Assembly: GCA_044228545.1 (NCBI GenBank)
Contig: JBGAUR010000001.1
Span: 450-64,449, forward strand
Origin: Minisyncoccia bacterium
GTDB taxonomy: Bacteria; Patescibacteriota; Minisyncoccia; Phycocordibacterales; UBA9973
Reading direction: 5' to 3'
DNA length: 64,000 bases
Made by a program: the position numbers and the translations under genes. Shown here in pieces: positions 63,791 through 64,000 of the stretch; position 1 is the stretch's first letter, and the number at the start of each line of letters is the position of its first letter. A model generated the notes under the pieces. It did not search any database and was not told the origin of the DNA. It worked only from the letters and a program-made list of their open reading frames with translations.

Positions 63791-64000
63791 ATTGAGATCA
63801 CCCTATCTAGGAACTACAGTACGACCACAAATGTGAGGGCTGTAATTTTCTAAATGATATCAACGTGATTGTTACAATCTTTTCGGTAATGCTTACAAAA
63901 TAAAGCTTTTCTTCTATATCTGGAGGTAGAGGAGCCCGGAAGCAACCCTACTCATTAAAGGGTAGCCCATAAGAGCTAGTTAGTCAACAAAGTAATGCAC

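Noticed and set aside
1-64000. CRISPR arrays, rRNA genes, IS elements or transposases
   Set aside because: I saw no regularly spaced direct repeats, no rRNA-like conserved stretches and no transposase or DDE motifs. The only exact non-coding repeat is the 28-nt hairpin present twice.

Overview
This is a 64-kb window of a low-GC (roughly 35%), gene-dense bacterial chromosome. Almost all intergenic space is short, and the genes are small. The following features point, with moderate confidence, to a reduced-genome Patescibacteria/CPR-like bacterium: no L30 or L29 gene in the ribosomal cluster, an archaeal-type UMP kinase, two TrmB-like regulators, a trigger factor without a PPIase domain, and many secreted proteins.

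The backbone is a minus-strand supercluster running tuf, rpsJ, rplC/D/W/B, rpsS, rplV, rpsC, rplP, rpsQ, rplN/X/E, rpsN, rpsH, rplF/R, rpsE, rplO, secY, adk, map. It is interrupted by terminators, promoters and inserted genes: a dgkA-like gene, a small membrane protein, an ORF-free GC-elevated 0.7-kb segment, and an archaeal-type pyrH plus two unknowns.

Downstream of map is a co-directional cluster encoding a VirD4/TraD-like coupling-protein ATPase with no transmembrane anchor, three paralogous CYTH (triphosphate-tunnel) proteins, ndk and an HD hydrolase.

Three dispersed paralogs of an uncharacterised cysteine-rich protein family of about 550 aa are present. One copy is preceded by a stand-alone copy of its N-terminal zinc-ribbon module.

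A minus-strand operon of three secreted or surface proteins includes one protein with a Hint (intein-like) autoprocessing domain followed by a short cysteine-rich C-terminal peptide.

Other genes are housekeeping: nusA, ppa, tig, clpP, a histidine kinase, rny, HU, a fatty-acid desaturase, zupT, cca, proC-like, yceI-like, xth, xerD-like, rpsO, an NYN-domain protein, murQ, pnp, a dksA/traR-like gene and yifB/comM. There are four tRNA genes: Gly-TCC, Pro-TGG, Gly-GCC and Arg-TCG. I found no rRNA, CRISPR array or transposase.

Several ORF-track starts are non-ATG (TTG/GTG) N-terminal extensions. Where an in-frame ATG with a leaderless-type TATAAT lies just inside, I note the likely true start.
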